Shown one piece after another: positions 10,801 through 21,100 of a DNA stretch of 43,822 nucleotides. A program made the position numbers and the translations under genes. Position 1 is the stretch's first letter. Each line of letters opens with the position of its first letter. The notes below the pieces were generated by a model. It ran no database searches and was not told the DNA's origin. It worked only from the letters and a program-made list of their open reading frames with translations. This DNA is from a virus (lineage: Duplodnaviria; Caudoviricetes), in the IMG/VR virus record IMGVR_UViG_3300014613_000039, positions 1 to 43,822 of that record; one strand, written 5' to 3'.

Positions 10801-12871
10801 TACGCAACATGATTACACTATGGAAAACTTACGAGATGGTCTTGAACAGATGGTTGATAATTATCGTAGGGATCGTGGGGATGAAGAGCCTGAAGAACCA
10901 GTTGCTAGGATTCAATCCGGTATTGAACAGAAATCAGATTTCATTTCGAGCCATAAGGGATCATCAACAGCTAGTACACATTCTCAGAAGTCCGATTTCT
11001 TAGATACAGCTACAAGGCATTTGGTTCAGAGTCTTGTAGGAACACCGTCTACATACGGAAGTCTTGGTGAAAAGACAGATCATGAAATGAAGGGTTTGAA
11101 GAATCTGCGAAGTCAAATAGATGAGCATATAGCTACAGATAGAGAATTGAACGATGTACATATGCTAGAGATCCATGATCCAAATATTACCGATTCTAGA
11201 CTAGATCAGTTGAAAGACTTAGCTAGTAAAAGAATGGAGCGTTATAAAATTGCTCAAGGTGGCTTTAGGTACATGAGTGGTTTAGGTACAGATCATCCTC
11301 AGATCGGTTCTCTAGAAGAAGACTATCGTAAGCTACAGCAAGATTCTGGTGCTGTTCATGGAGCTGCTGTGAGTGCTATTGAAGCACGCGAAACAGCTAA
11401 AGAGAATAAGCGTATTAGTGATCGAGCTGTTGATGCCAGATCTAAACTTCCTGATGTAACTGATGATCATAAGAAGAAGTATCCGCATACAACAGGTTGG
11501 AAACAAAAGGAAGTCGATACTTGGTCACGTATACCAAATGATGATGGATCTTCAAAGTTAGGTGTCTTGAAGAAAGATGCACAGGTTAATGGTGTTTGGG
11601 CTTTACAAAAAGCTGATGATGGTAGAGGTAATATGAGTCTTACTCATTTACCTACTGGTTTAACTGCTGGGCAATCTTTAGGCAAACCAAGAGCTTTGAA
11701 GCAAGCTATAAATGCTTGGTTGAAAGAAGATCCTTCTAGAGCACATTTAGGTGTTTCAGCAGAAATGGGGAATGATGATCATAGTAGTGCGGTAGCTGGT
11801 GTACTTTTACCGCACTACAATAGATTGAAGGAGATTATTAATCAAGGTATTACTGAAGATCAGGTGAAGCCTGTTAGCTCTGAAGAGAAACCGTTGGAAC
11901 AAAAAGTAGCTGAAACAGTAAAGTCTTCTGTGAAGGAAAAGAAGTCTTCAGGACGAGTAAGTATCTCGAAAAAGAATGTAAAAGCTGGTGATCACTATAT
12001 CGCTAATGTGAGTGGGAAGAAGGTTCCGATTCGTATTATTGGTGAAAGTCGGTATGGTGGTTGGGATGCAGAGAATACGAAGACTGGAAGACGTATCAGG
12101 ATCAAAACTGCTGGTAGGTTGACCCATACTCCAGAGAAGTTGAGAGAGCTTGCTGGTGGTAGTAAAGCACCTGAAGAGAAGAAAGCAGCTCCTTCGCCTG
12201 AGAAGGGGTCTACAAGCTCCGACAAACCCGATGGTGATACAGAGGGTTCCGTATACAGGAAGATGAATTTGAGCGATTTTGAGTATGATGTGAAACGGTT
12301 GAAAGACCCAAGTGTTGCTAAGACTAAGCAAGAGAAGAAAGAGTATGAGTTTTCTCATAATGATCGAACAGCGTACATTAGCAGATCCGATTCTTCATTG
12401 TTTGGTGCTGGTGGTGGTTATCACATTTCTTTCTCTCACCATGACGATAGAGCAACGGCTAGGTCTGTTGGTGAGCTGAAAGAAAAGGTAGCTATAGGTT
12501 TGATGAAGGAATCAACGAAGGCTGAAAAAGCTCCTGAAGCTCCGAAAGAAGCTAAGAAGCCTACTCATGTAATTCCGGCTGGCAGCAAAAAGAAGATCCC
12601 TGCGGAACACCGTGGTACTTGGGCTGTTCACGAAAGTCCTACAACACATGCTTATTCAATTACTCACGCACCTAGCGGATTAGAGGTAGGTCAGTTTGAC
12701 GACGCGAAACACGCACATGCTGTATTAGACAAGCACTTTGCTAAGAATCCTGAAGCGGAGAATTTCGGGGAGGATGCGAAGCATAGTGATACTTCTGATA
12801 AAGAGTTTCTTTCTAAGCTGAAAGAACATGCTCTAGAGCTGCACGGACACCGAGAATCGGTTAAGGAATAG
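4865..12871 (+). CDS. giant (2668 aa) repeat-rich, K/E/H-rich modular protein, probable internal head/ejection protein
   Basis: Long ORF with TTG start and AGGAGG; lies between portal and protease; N-terminal cluster of hxK[AG] motifs; many small repeated modules; no catalytic motif recognised. Confidence 0.65.
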   Translation: MLPHQFSNPHDKPTKLPTEDAKEYAKVTIGVAIRSVARDYLSYIDRHILGHLGITDKKTIDQLSPKQIEDVANLTLKYLNEAIVLAYPKDDNLRRGVKQLRGYNFKADLIQEINRCIQEKRNREIKNATVEVVEGDPVAVNAGESIAYSASFDMVKAITAEEYPGIEYYGRDLDSDAHRLYEAEGTLLKGFLSIDQVRDLCPLCADAMLTKGLSMIDADWLEQTMMQKARSDLSSAPEEWVMYLEDNEPNVLWELQKANPEFDCLETYHGINEAYSLLYAVPDGMSWTHDLYKGQVEAISAFFGYDEGLPGREVLEKAIKDIAHLHKITKQVMRNGRPHMHTYYVKSEEDQKRIHHMEPHEHEKIHESLYDNLLHDVRATHVGGTHTINGVKVSRVTEHNYAIHKPDGTYHSGPSHDVASYIHKISHDPKQVAAHERHNRSEIEKLRDRSRGALAGKREVKPRKSLIDAVTEKVKPKKKPEEKKPEEKKEDTGKKSTRSKEDVLKDIDDLHSTYQYSADHPKAGQSKPGKRHVANKVLLQKLHDELEAMGHSEEKHDLGKRSVGQRKEEKKPDEEKKRGGRDKSEGMTADEERQLEELHEKNKKHKPEEEKKKPDKEMSAGEKKVYDIVDGLEVGEIVKSKDDEQRFHIKRISDGENGQKRYQVTDTLTRTSQMIPSRSGVAAYVVKALGAEKEGGAYPGSRAMTDEEKKGMENNTGMGINIDRINDIVDGKVDSHRGFGIEKRGDHVYVVRKDGNKKERIIVPGKNHHDAIGNAFQLADHLGKGQREGEIEASRKAIKDALVGIGDKDPQDAIALIGKLKRQHYGNLSIEERAKLDDLSKAAKKRKLEAAEKEIKHYDNVADSGIGDLLRGMQPNQIIKVNGIEFKLTAAGRYSVNRDSIAMESVEDAIKAYKKVVAYINRSVQKPKEPEEVEKPKFAIGEEVVLGIGHGSGVVKGYTEDGNVIIVKPGILRRTETVYVPPWQVKKKEVAKEAVEEVVKEAIKDKKEATLEDLKKEFTDLHNKYRGKKGPRAKADRNRHTELLQELEKHGERIDPKTKIGNHKGFEAKVDPEKVKSAISNLTEIQKKHHEGIMELTPLHTYEYGEGRVMMIGANKYKVYLANDPKSVVVTDNPVSAAIELSAKRTPKPEQAPEEPKRKPGDPLTSDQQRALDELHERNKKHKPEDVKEPRTKKPEEKKESSNYSLDKHNEARESGKRLERLRDIYKRDGDLSVIQRGKYEKLHNAVSEWNKSGAILDRHRVDAGQSLDDLVGGGKSSLEERKAKLAAERKQAREDEKKHVEDHVKREEKKETKGRRITVTSTNVVNRTTANIADLAADYKARGMGKRDAFNEFVKDRSLKPDIDASAFYKVFESVSPSVLPSNTKTREVDFIPTHTRVSDGSSVMAEPANEYGITRVITQHGKEESDHESNLKSIDSGTKISEEPKRKPGDPLTADQQRALDELHEKNKKNHPEAISRKSDIETDKRYTVWHKVGDNWLVERSMYGPGAQEVFDKEVTATVDSTRPYALFEHGFDPNKKDESDLSKKPVHAMSLEEARTDREALNRIGKANYSGNFDKRDSELRSHINYLEDKARVPQTLSHKEATDIVEGLKPGQSRAVEMKGFTFHIGRRDDGTYYIGKGLEVSGGMPDYKNTGGMPNMGKDRLISDLRYYSREDHTERNMALIESMKKNETLAEHMPKFHDFRKKISEMVYNNYKSGKQYSRDDVKDLHSKLSSLMDEIKPALDHVGSDERYKRNGQDPVGSIREALAALEVGRTRKADWNGMIDHANTLLRNATRAMDKHLPHEAKTSLKHHLEALKDMYNGMERDVHGVKVERTETGYRIGNNNYSNIEQVKAHVNGAILGHDEDRISDAVARVSDRIEHNPGHVDETYSDMLNKENWDKSKSLRIAKDVAQHMFNSINKTDMPESTKAEARDVLKVYGKMISEGYQGMNNMTPEEHAHTIANIVKQYDSLKSTQHDYTMENLRDGLEQMVDNYRRDRGDEEPEEPVARIQSGIEQKSDFISSHKGSSTASTHSQKSDFLDTATRHLVQSLVGTPSTYGSLGEKTDHEMKGLKNLRSQIDEHIATDRELNDVHMLEIHDPNITDSRLDQLKDLASKRMERYKIAQGGFRYMSGLGTDHPQIGSLEEDYRKLQQDSGAVHGAAVSAIEARETAKENKRISDRAVDARSKLPDVTDDHKKKYPHTTGWKQKEVDTWSRIPNDDGSSKLGVLKKDAQVNGVWALQKADDGRGNMSLTHLPTGLTAGQSLGKPRALKQAINAWLKEDPSRAHLGVSAEMGNDDHSSAVAGVLLPHYNRLKEIINQGITEDQVKPVSSEEKPLEQKVAETVKSSVKEKKSSGRVSISKKNVKAGDHYIANVSGKKVPIRIIGESRYGGWDAENTKTGRRIRIKTAGRLTHTPEKLRELAGGSKAPEEKKAAPSPEKGSTSSDKPDGDTEGSVYRKMNLSDFEYDVKRLKDPSVAKTKQEKKEYEFSHNDRTAYISRSDSSLFGAGGGYHISFSHHDDRATARSVGELKEKVAIGLMKESTKAEKAPEAPKEAKKPTHVIPAGSKKKIPAEHRGTWAVHESPTTHAYSITHAPSGLEVGQFDDAKHAHAVLDKHFAKNPEAENFGEDAKHSDTSDKEFLSKLKEHALELHGHRESVKE
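8331..9290 (+). repeat. dispersed coding repeat PKRKPGDPLT(S/A)DQQRALDELHE(R/K)NKK at 8331-8420 and 9201-9290; partial third copy at about 6621-6690
   Basis: Near-identical peptide and similar DNA. Confidence 0.85.
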
Positions 12872-12873
12872 TT

Positions 12874-15108
12874 GTGGAGTTAGACAAGTCTAAGCTCCAT
12901 TTAGAAGCTCGTACAGACACCAGAGGGCATGTTGTACATAAGTGGGTGTTGAATGAAACTGGTGGCGGTACACGCATCGAATACGGATACAAGAAGAAAG
13001 AGAATACGGAAGCTGAGAAGAGTATCTCTATATTCGACGTTGTTGGTGGTCCTACCGAAAAAGAATTGGACGATCCAAAGAGCCCACATTATCGGTACAA
13101 GGATACGGGATACGTACCTGGATCTCGGAAAGAGCTAGCTGCTATGCAATTGAAGCTAGCTGGTAAAAACAAAGAACGATTGCGGCATACTGATATTGAT
13201 TGGGAAGACCTGGAAAGCAATCCAAGACAGGCTGATAGTCTGATCAATAAGTCGAATCTATTCGGTTCTGTAGATTGGGAGAAGTTGAAAGAAGATGGGA
13301 TGGAGCCAGGTTGCGGATTCTTGATTGATCGGGTGTACGCTTCGATAGCTCCTAAACCATCTGAGGGTACCCCACAAGCTCGCCAAGACTATACCGTAGG
13401 TCTGGAGTCGTTGCGGGATAGGCTGGAAGCGTGCCGTACTGTGAAGGCTGTAGAAGAGCTATTGGAAGAAATGAGATCCGAATACAATGGCGTGATGATG
13501 AATGAAGAAGAAAAAAAGACATATGACAAGTTGAGAGCAAGCCAGAAAGAGTTTTCGGCTGAATACAATGCGAAAATGAAAGAGATGAAGGTATTAGAGA
13601 ATTTGGTAAGTGCTTATTTCGATAAAGATTCGTATGAGGAGCATAGGGATAAACTAGATAAATGGTACAAAGAGAATCCTGGGTACAAAGAAGAACGTGA
13701 GACAGTTGAAACACCATACGGAAAAGCCATTCATATTCGTTCTGCGATGCGTGATAAAATACAGAGTCATAATGATAGTATCGGTGTTTTTGTTTCGATG
13801 GTGAAAGCTCGAAATAGAAGTAATCCGATTCATAGAGCTTGGGGTTTGATGGGAAAGCGTTTTTTAGCTGTTGTTGATTGGAGAGGTAGGAAAGGCTCCA
13901 AGCAATTCGAGAATCATGTAATTGCTGCTAGGCTAGGTAAAGTGAAAGATTGGGAATGGGCTGCTAAAGAAAAAGCGACAGCACCGAAAGTAAGTGAGAA
14001 AAAGGTGCGGTTTCAATTGTACGTAGTAGACCAATATAAGCGTATCGGTGGAAAAGAGATCAAGGTCGATTCTACAGATGTCTTGAAAGAAAAGTTTGGT
14101 TTGCGAGAAGTGCAATCTGGGCTTTGGGTTTTGAATGATCCAGAGTCAGCTATGTTTCATGTTCAACGTAGCGCGGAAGCTCTTAGTGATTTGTCCGATT
14201 TGTTAGGCGTACCTAGGGATAAGATTGGTGTGAATAAGCGTTTAGCTTTGGCGTTCGGTGCTAGAGGTAGTGGGTCTGCTAAAGCTCATTATGAGAAGGT
14301 TCATAGAATCATCAACATTACAAAGATGTCTGGTGGCGGTAGTCTTGGACATGAGCTGTTTCATGGGTTCGATAATTTGATCAAAGAGGCTGTTGTAGGA
14401 GAGCCTACTGATGCCAAAACGTATGTGTTGGAGAAACCAGAGGTGCTTCCTGCTGGTCCTGTAAGAGATGCTGTAGTGGCTTTGAACAAAGCGATTTCAG
14501 AAGGTGATGTACGTTTGCCTGAAGACATCGAATATACAGATAAGGATGTACGAAAAGCGAAATTGAACATAACTTCGTCGTCCACATCAGCACTACCTGT
14601 AAAGATTAGAAATGCGAGAAATGCTAGCGAAGCTTGTGTAGCTATCAACGATCATTTCACCCCGTATATGAGGGGAAAAGTAACCCGTAAAACGAAGAAC
14701 AGAATAATGGAATGGAAGAGGTTAGCTGTGGCCTATCATAGTGGTATGAAAGAATCTGGCGATACCGTAACTGTGAATTCTGGCGAGCCTGTTTCTCAGT
14801 TTATGGTTGATGCTGTTTCTATAGATGGTAAGCCGGATAAATATTGGTCGAAGATGCGTGAAATGGGAGCAAGAGCTTTTTCTTGTTGGTGTGAAGATAG
14901 GTTGAGAGATGAGGGAAGACGTAATGATTATCTGTCTTGTTTGGCTGATAATAAGCATTACAAACTGGATGGTATCAAACCTTTTCCAGAGGGTGATGAG
15001 CGAAAGAAGATTAATGACGCTATGGATGGTTTAGTGAAAGCTCTTCGTGAAGAGAAGGTTTTTGAGAAAGGATTATTATTTGGAATGTTGGAGTTAGTAG
15101 GAGGTTAG
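12874..15108 (+). CDS. large polyvalent protein with LPD1-like zincin (HExxH) domain
   Basis: FGLREVQSG.W, L.LAFGARGSG.A.AHYE....INITK..GGGSLGHELFHGFDN, YWS...EM.ARAF....D.L......NDYL, P.P.GDER..IN.A match the LPD1 pattern. Confidence 0.78.
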   Translation: MELDKSKLHLEARTDTRGHVVHKWVLNETGGGTRIEYGYKKKENTEAEKSISIFDVVGGPTEKELDDPKSPHYRYKDTGYVPGSRKELAAMQLKLAGKNKERLRHTDIDWEDLESNPRQADSLINKSNLFGSVDWEKLKEDGMEPGCGFLIDRVYASIAPKPSEGTPQARQDYTVGLESLRDRLEACRTVKAVEELLEEMRSEYNGVMMNEEEKKTYDKLRASQKEFSAEYNAKMKEMKVLENLVSAYFDKDSYEEHRDKLDKWYKENPGYKEERETVETPYGKAIHIRSAMRDKIQSHNDSIGVFVSMVKARNRSNPIHRAWGLMGKRFLAVVDWRGRKGSKQFENHVIAARLGKVKDWEWAAKEKATAPKVSEKKVRFQLYVVDQYKRIGGKEIKVDSTDVLKEKFGLREVQSGLWVLNDPESAMFHVQRSAEALSDLSDLLGVPRDKIGVNKRLALAFGARGSGSAKAHYEKVHRIINITKMSGGGSLGHELFHGFDNLIKEAVVGEPTDAKTYVLEKPEVLPAGPVRDAVVALNKAISEGDVRLPEDIEYTDKDVRKAKLNITSSSTSALPVKIRNARNASEACVAINDHFTPYMRGKVTRKTKNRIMEWKRLAVAYHSGMKESGDTVTVNSGEPVSQFMVDAVSIDGKPDKYWSKMREMGARAFSCWCEDRLRDEGRRNDYLSCLADNKHYKLDGIKPFPEGDERKKINDAMDGLVKALREEKVFEKGLLFGMLELVGG

Positions 15109-15113
15109 AGAGG

Positions 15114-18100
15114 TTGTACACATTCAGCGAAAGGATCACTACTGAGCTGAAGAAAGCGATTCGTAATAAGCAACATTTGCACCTAGAGTATAGTACAGAT
15201 GTGCATGGTAATAGAATTAGACGTTGGAAGAAAGATGAAGAGTTTTTCACGTATGTACATCCTCATGGGTTCAATGAAAAGCTCCAAGCTGCTTTGAAGG
15301 CTATTGGTGGGATGAACTATCCTGTAATGAAGAATGGTAGGCAAGTATGGACATGGAAGTTTGCTTCTAATCTGCTACCCAAGGTTGCGAAAATACTAGA
15401 GCATGTCGATCCTGCAATGTCTCAGGCTTTGCTGCATAGTGATACGTATACCGGGCATAGGGCTGTTCACGAGCATTATAAGGCTTCAACAGCAGAATCC
15501 CATATCGACAAGCCACAAGGTACTGTAGAGATTCCTAGAGGCGAAGCTGCAAAAAAGAAAGGTATGGACTATTACGATTATCAAAAGGCTGGCGTTGAGT
15601 ACATTCTGAAAAGAGACAATACGCTCTTGTGCGATGAGATGGGCCTAGGAAAGACGATTCAGGGAATCGGTGCGTGTAACGTCTGGGAGCCTGAGAGGGT
15701 TCTGATCGTATGTCCTGCCTCTGTGAAGAGGAATTGGGCTAAGGAATGGAAGCTCTGGAATACGACAAAGGGTTTAGAAGACCCGGTGGTGATTCAAGGT
15801 AGGGGAAAAGAGATACCGGACAAGGGAGTAGTGATCATCAATTACGATGTTCTCTCACACTATAAGAAAAAGCTAGATGCCGTTGATTGGGATGTACAGC
15901 TAGTTGACGAAGCGCACGAGATTAAGAACAGAGATACGAAGAGAGCTATTGCGTTGGTTGGGCATTATCGAAAAAAGGTAAAGCCTATACCAGCAAAGAA
16001 ACGTGTTTACATGACTGGTACACCTATTGAGAATAGACCGAATGAGTTATGGCCATTATTGAGCGTATTAGATAATGAACAAGGAGGTTTAGCTCGACAA
16101 TTCAAACGATTCCATATCGCTGATTTCAATGGGTACGGTACATCGTATACGTATGACAATGCCAAGTCACAAGAGCTGCACGATAAACTGCGATCTCGTT
16201 TGATGATTCGTCGTTTGGCTGATGATGTTCTAGACCTTCCACCATTGGTCGAAAAGATCATTGTGCTCGATCCTGATAAAGAAGCTAAAGCTGCAATGAA
16301 GGATGATGAAAGAGCTACCCAACAGTACGCTACGTATATGACGAAGTTAGCGGAGCTTGAGAAAAAGTACATGGAGAAAGAATCCAGTATTTCTGAAGAT
16401 GATGAAGAAGCCTTGAAAGGTTTAACGAAATCATTCGAGTCTGAAGTAAGTGAGCTGAAAGACGAAGGTGGTTATGACTTCCAAGAGATGACTAGGATTC
16501 GTCGTCAAACAGCAGTAGCGAAGCTACCTCAGTTTATGCAGTACGTTAACGAGGTGTTGGAGCAGAAAGATAAGATTCTGATTTTTGCTCATCACAAGAT
16601 TATCATAGCTGGAATCAAACAGGCTTTGGAAGCAAAAGGAATCAAATGTGTGAAGCTGGACGGATCGACTTCTCCCAATGCTAAAGAACAGGCTATCGAG
16701 GATTTTCAAAACAAGAAAGATGTTCGTGTTTTCATTGGTCAAACAAGAGCTGCTGGTGTTGGTATTACGCTTACGGAAGCGACAGATGTATTGTTCGCAG
16801 AACAAGACTGGACACCTGGACGAATGGATCAAGCAAAGAAACGAGCGCACAGGATTGGGCAAAAAGACACAGTTTTCGTTCATAACGTAGTTTTCGATAA
16901 TTCGATGGATGCGTATATGGCTCAGTTGATTGAAGCAAAGAAGGAAACGATCAAGAGTGTTCTTGATGCGGGTAAAGTAACTCGTGAAGATATCGAGAAG
17001 AAGGAAGAACAAGAGCTTGCTAATATCGTTCCTGTAAAAAAGCAACCTATTGAAGCGCAAGAAGAGGAAAAAAGAACACATGATGAAGCTCGTGATTTTT
17101 CGTATGAGTTTGGTGAGGCGTTCCGATACAAAGTAAACAAAAAGGGATTCCTACCTGACTATATCGATGCTATACCAAAGAATGCTGATGAGCAATTCAA
17201 ACGTATTCAGTTGATGCATGAGGTAATGAAGAAACTGCAATTCAAAGCGAGTGACAGAGACTTTGCGGAAAGTATAGCCAATGCGCCTAAATGGTCGCAC
17301 GCTAGAGCAGCTTGGGCTTACGGAATACTTCACAGGTATCGGCATAGCTTATCTGATGAGTTGATTTCTGAGCTTGGTTTACAGCCATTGAAGCGTAGGA
17401 AGAAAGGTGTTGGCCAAATTATTGATAAACCTAGTACGGGTGCTGAAAAGAAAGGTGTTCAAGAGAAAGTAATTGATTCGCCTATCTTCAAAGATCCTGA
17501 TAAGCGAAGAGAACAGTTAGAAGCTATTCAGCTTGGTTTACAGAATTTGGATTCGTTGGACTTTTCTCCAGAGGAGAAAAACGATGTAGGATTTAGCGGT
17601 TCCACTAGATCTTCTGGTAAGTATTATGCACACCATCATGAGTTTCATAATCCTGATCATATGACTGAAGCTGATTGGATCGCAGCATGGGAGGTTGTGC
17701 GGATACATCAGGGTCAGTTAGATAGCGACCTGTTGAGGCGTGCTGGCGTACTTACTGAAGAAGAGAAAATAGCTGCTGAACAAAAGAAGATTGTGCAGAA
17801 GATTACAAGCGAGATCCAAAAGCATAAACCTGTAGCTAGTATGACAGATGAGGAATTGAAAGCAGAGTTTGAAGCCTATCCTAAGAAGAAAGGCAAACCC
17901 CCAGCTAGAAAAACTGAGTTGAAGAAAGAGCTTGAGAATCGTGGTCATAGAGAAAAAGAGCTGAAGTTTACGAGAATCAACCCAGGTATGTATCGAACAA
18001 AGACTGTTGTTGAGTTTGACGGTAAAAAGCATAATGTCGAGGTTACTATCGGGCAACAGGAGAAAAGCTCTCATCATACTGCTACTTCTCCTAGATGGTA

Positions 18101-21100
18101 TTTTGCTGTTACTAGTCCTAGCGGTGGTACGATAGAACCTGGAGATATGTATAGTACAAAGAAAGAAGTTGTTGATGCTTTGAAGTATGCTGTTGAACAT
18201 GGGTATACTGGTACGAAGTATGGTTGGGTTATTGTGGAAAAGTCTAAAGAAGCTGAAGTGGAAAACAAGACTGATGATACGATAACAGGTATTGGTCCTA
18301 TTCACGCTGCTAAAGGTACTGGTGAGCATGTAAGAATGGTTACGTTGAATAATGGTACAGAATTTCCTGTCGATGCTTCTATAGCTTCTATGATTAAGCG
18401 AATAAATGATGCAGGTTTTGAATCAATGCAAAGCATGAGTGGTTTGAAGGAGGATTATATTGGAACAAAGGGTGAATCACGTTATTCATCAGATGGGTAT
18501 GTGTCGTTTGTTGCAGAGAAGCTATCGAAAAAGCAGATTGATCGTATTGCAATAGCCGCTAAAAAGGCCGGTTTAGTTTTCAGTGATACTGGTAGAGTGT
18601 TTGGTCAAAAGAGTATTGATGTAAGAACAGGTGTTACTGAATCTGGTAAGTCTGAAGAAGACTTGTTGAATGCTGCTGGTATAGCTGCTGCTAAAAGTAT
18701 GGGCGCTAAAGAAGACGAGATAGAATTACCGGGTACTAGAGATACTATTGTAGGGATGAATGTTGGTGGTTTAAGTGATTATGGTAGAAGTAATATAGCT
18801 TCTCGTTCTGGTATGTCTTATGATGAAGTATTTTATAAGTATTTGCGTATTCGAGCGAAGATGATTAGTGATATGAAGAGTAAAGATCCTAATATCAGCG
18901 ATAGTGAGATAGGTAAAAGATGGAAAAAGTTTGAGACATACTTATTAGATTCTGAGGAACAAGAGAAATCTAGTATTAAAGAAGCTGTAAAGCCTTCAAC
19001 TGTAGCTGACACTAGTAGACCAAAGAATCCAAAGAGGTATCGTTACTTCACCTCTGGTTCAAATAGGGTTGGTGAGATTTTAGGTTTTGATGATGCCCAA
19101 GTAGATCTTGGCGTGACAGCAGATCAGGTTATCGGTAGAGCTTCAGAAGAAGCTATCAAACGATTAGGTGGTACGAATAGACGTATATTCATCGACTCTG
19201 GAGCTTTCTCTGAAGTGAAGGATGAGTTTGATCCTGTAGCTGGCGGTTTGAAAGTGGTCAAGCCTATTACGCATGAAGACTGGACGCGCATTCTTGACTT
19301 CTACGATAGGATCTCAGGTCCGTTGGGAAAGCAAGCATACGTTGTTGCGCCTGATAAGGTGAGTTATGCTAAAGAGACTATGGAGCGATTGGAGAGGTAC
19401 AAGGATCGTATACGAAAGTTGCACGATTCTGGAGTGAGCATTATCGTAGCTCATCAAAAAAGTCCTGATAGCTCGCTTGCTGAATTCAATACCAAGGTGA
19501 AAGCAATTCTAGGATTTGACGATTTCATTGTTGGTATTCCTTCGAATAAAGCTAGACCAACACATGAAGAGTTGCACGATTTCATAAGTACAGTGAAACC
19601 TGATAGAGTACATTTGCTCGGTATGGGTCCAACTAACAGTAAGTTTGAAGCTTATAAGAACGTGATCAATAACGCTCATCCTGAGATTGGTGAGATCTTC
19701 ACCGATTCTGTAGCCATTACATCGAAGGTAGGACGCGGACAAGGCGTTAAGCCTTTGACTGTATCTCAGGATGAAGCTAGAGCAAGGGTCGCTGAAGGTA
19801 CGTTTGGTGAAGGGTATGATAAGGTAGACTATACCGACACTGTAAAAGAGGATGCGAACAATTGGTTGACTGGATCTACATTCGACAGATTTATTGAAGA
19901 GATATCAGGTTTTTCTGGAATACCAGCAAAGCCGTACTTTCCCACAAAGCCGTATGGTAAAGAAGAGTCTGAAGAGGTAAGTAACTGGAAAGAGGTTGTT
20001 AAGCGTATCAAAGAATCGAACGATTACAAGAAATATGAGAGTGCTGTTAATGCTGTAAAGCAAGATGTCGAAGCTTGGTTGGAGGATAATAGCAATGATT
20101 GGGTAGATCAGGCTTTGGACAATGCTTGGATTAGGTATACTGCTGATAGGTCTGGAGAACAGCGAAATAGAGAAGGTATTCGTGAGTATTTTTCTGGCAA
20201 AGGTGGTGATACTCTAAGAGCATTTGAGCAAGAGAGTGACTCGCCTAAATTGGATGTTGAAGCTAGAGATAAGCATCAAAAACTTTCAAAGAAAGCTACT
20301 GCTGTTTTAGCTGGTGCTATGGATCATGAGATTGTCAGAAGAGACGATCCTAGATATGAGCAAATTCAAGAGCTTATAAAAAGAAGAATGCTTGAAGTGA
20401 ATGAGGAAACTTCTGATAGTATCGGTGTGTCTATAACTCATTATGGAGAAGCTCATTTGAATAAGTTACTCAGTGATGCGTCTATGAAGAAACTTGTTTC
20501 TTTGACTAAGATTAAAAACCTGAATTTGGCTGATACTGAAGAGCATATCAAAGCTATCAATACAGGTGGTTTCATTGTATCTGATAAATACCGAAATGCC
20601 TTGATGCGCCATAGAGGTATCTTGCAGGATGAAGCAAAGAAATCTGAAGTGGTTGAAGAGCCTTCGCACGTAGAGAGATACAGCATAAAGTCAGCTTCAA
20701 ATAGATTGGAACATTTGGCTAATATCTTACATCAATTTGGTAGATTTACAGATAAGCACAAAGAGGAATATACCAGACTGTACAACAAGATTCAGGAATG
20801 GAACAAAAAAGTACCAGGTATTCTGCGAATGAAAGAAGAGTCTCTTGAAGAGCTGCTAGATCGACATGAGAAGTTCAAAGCTAAGGAAAAAGAGCGTAAT
20901 AAAGCTCTTATTGCAGAAGAAACACCTAAGAAAAAGTACAAGCCGAAATACAGCTATAAGAAGAAAGATACTACTGAAAAAGTGATCAGTATTTTCGATC
21001 TCGATTTTGAAAAGTCGTTGCGTATGTCTTTAAAGAAAGCGTTGGCTTCAAGACGTAGGAAGACTACCTCAACTGTCGGTGAGCCTGTTGGGTTGCTGGA

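Noticed and set aside
12869-15116. Stop-codon read-through or TAG recoding joining the three giant ORFs
   Set aside because: Consecutive ORFs are in different frames, and TAA, TAG and TGA all end well-defined genes elsewhere.
15560-16970. Intein or DarB-type methyltransferase in the SNF2 protein
   Set aside because: Helicase motifs are normally spaced with no intein termini, and no FxGxG/NPP(Y/F) methylase motifs were seen.
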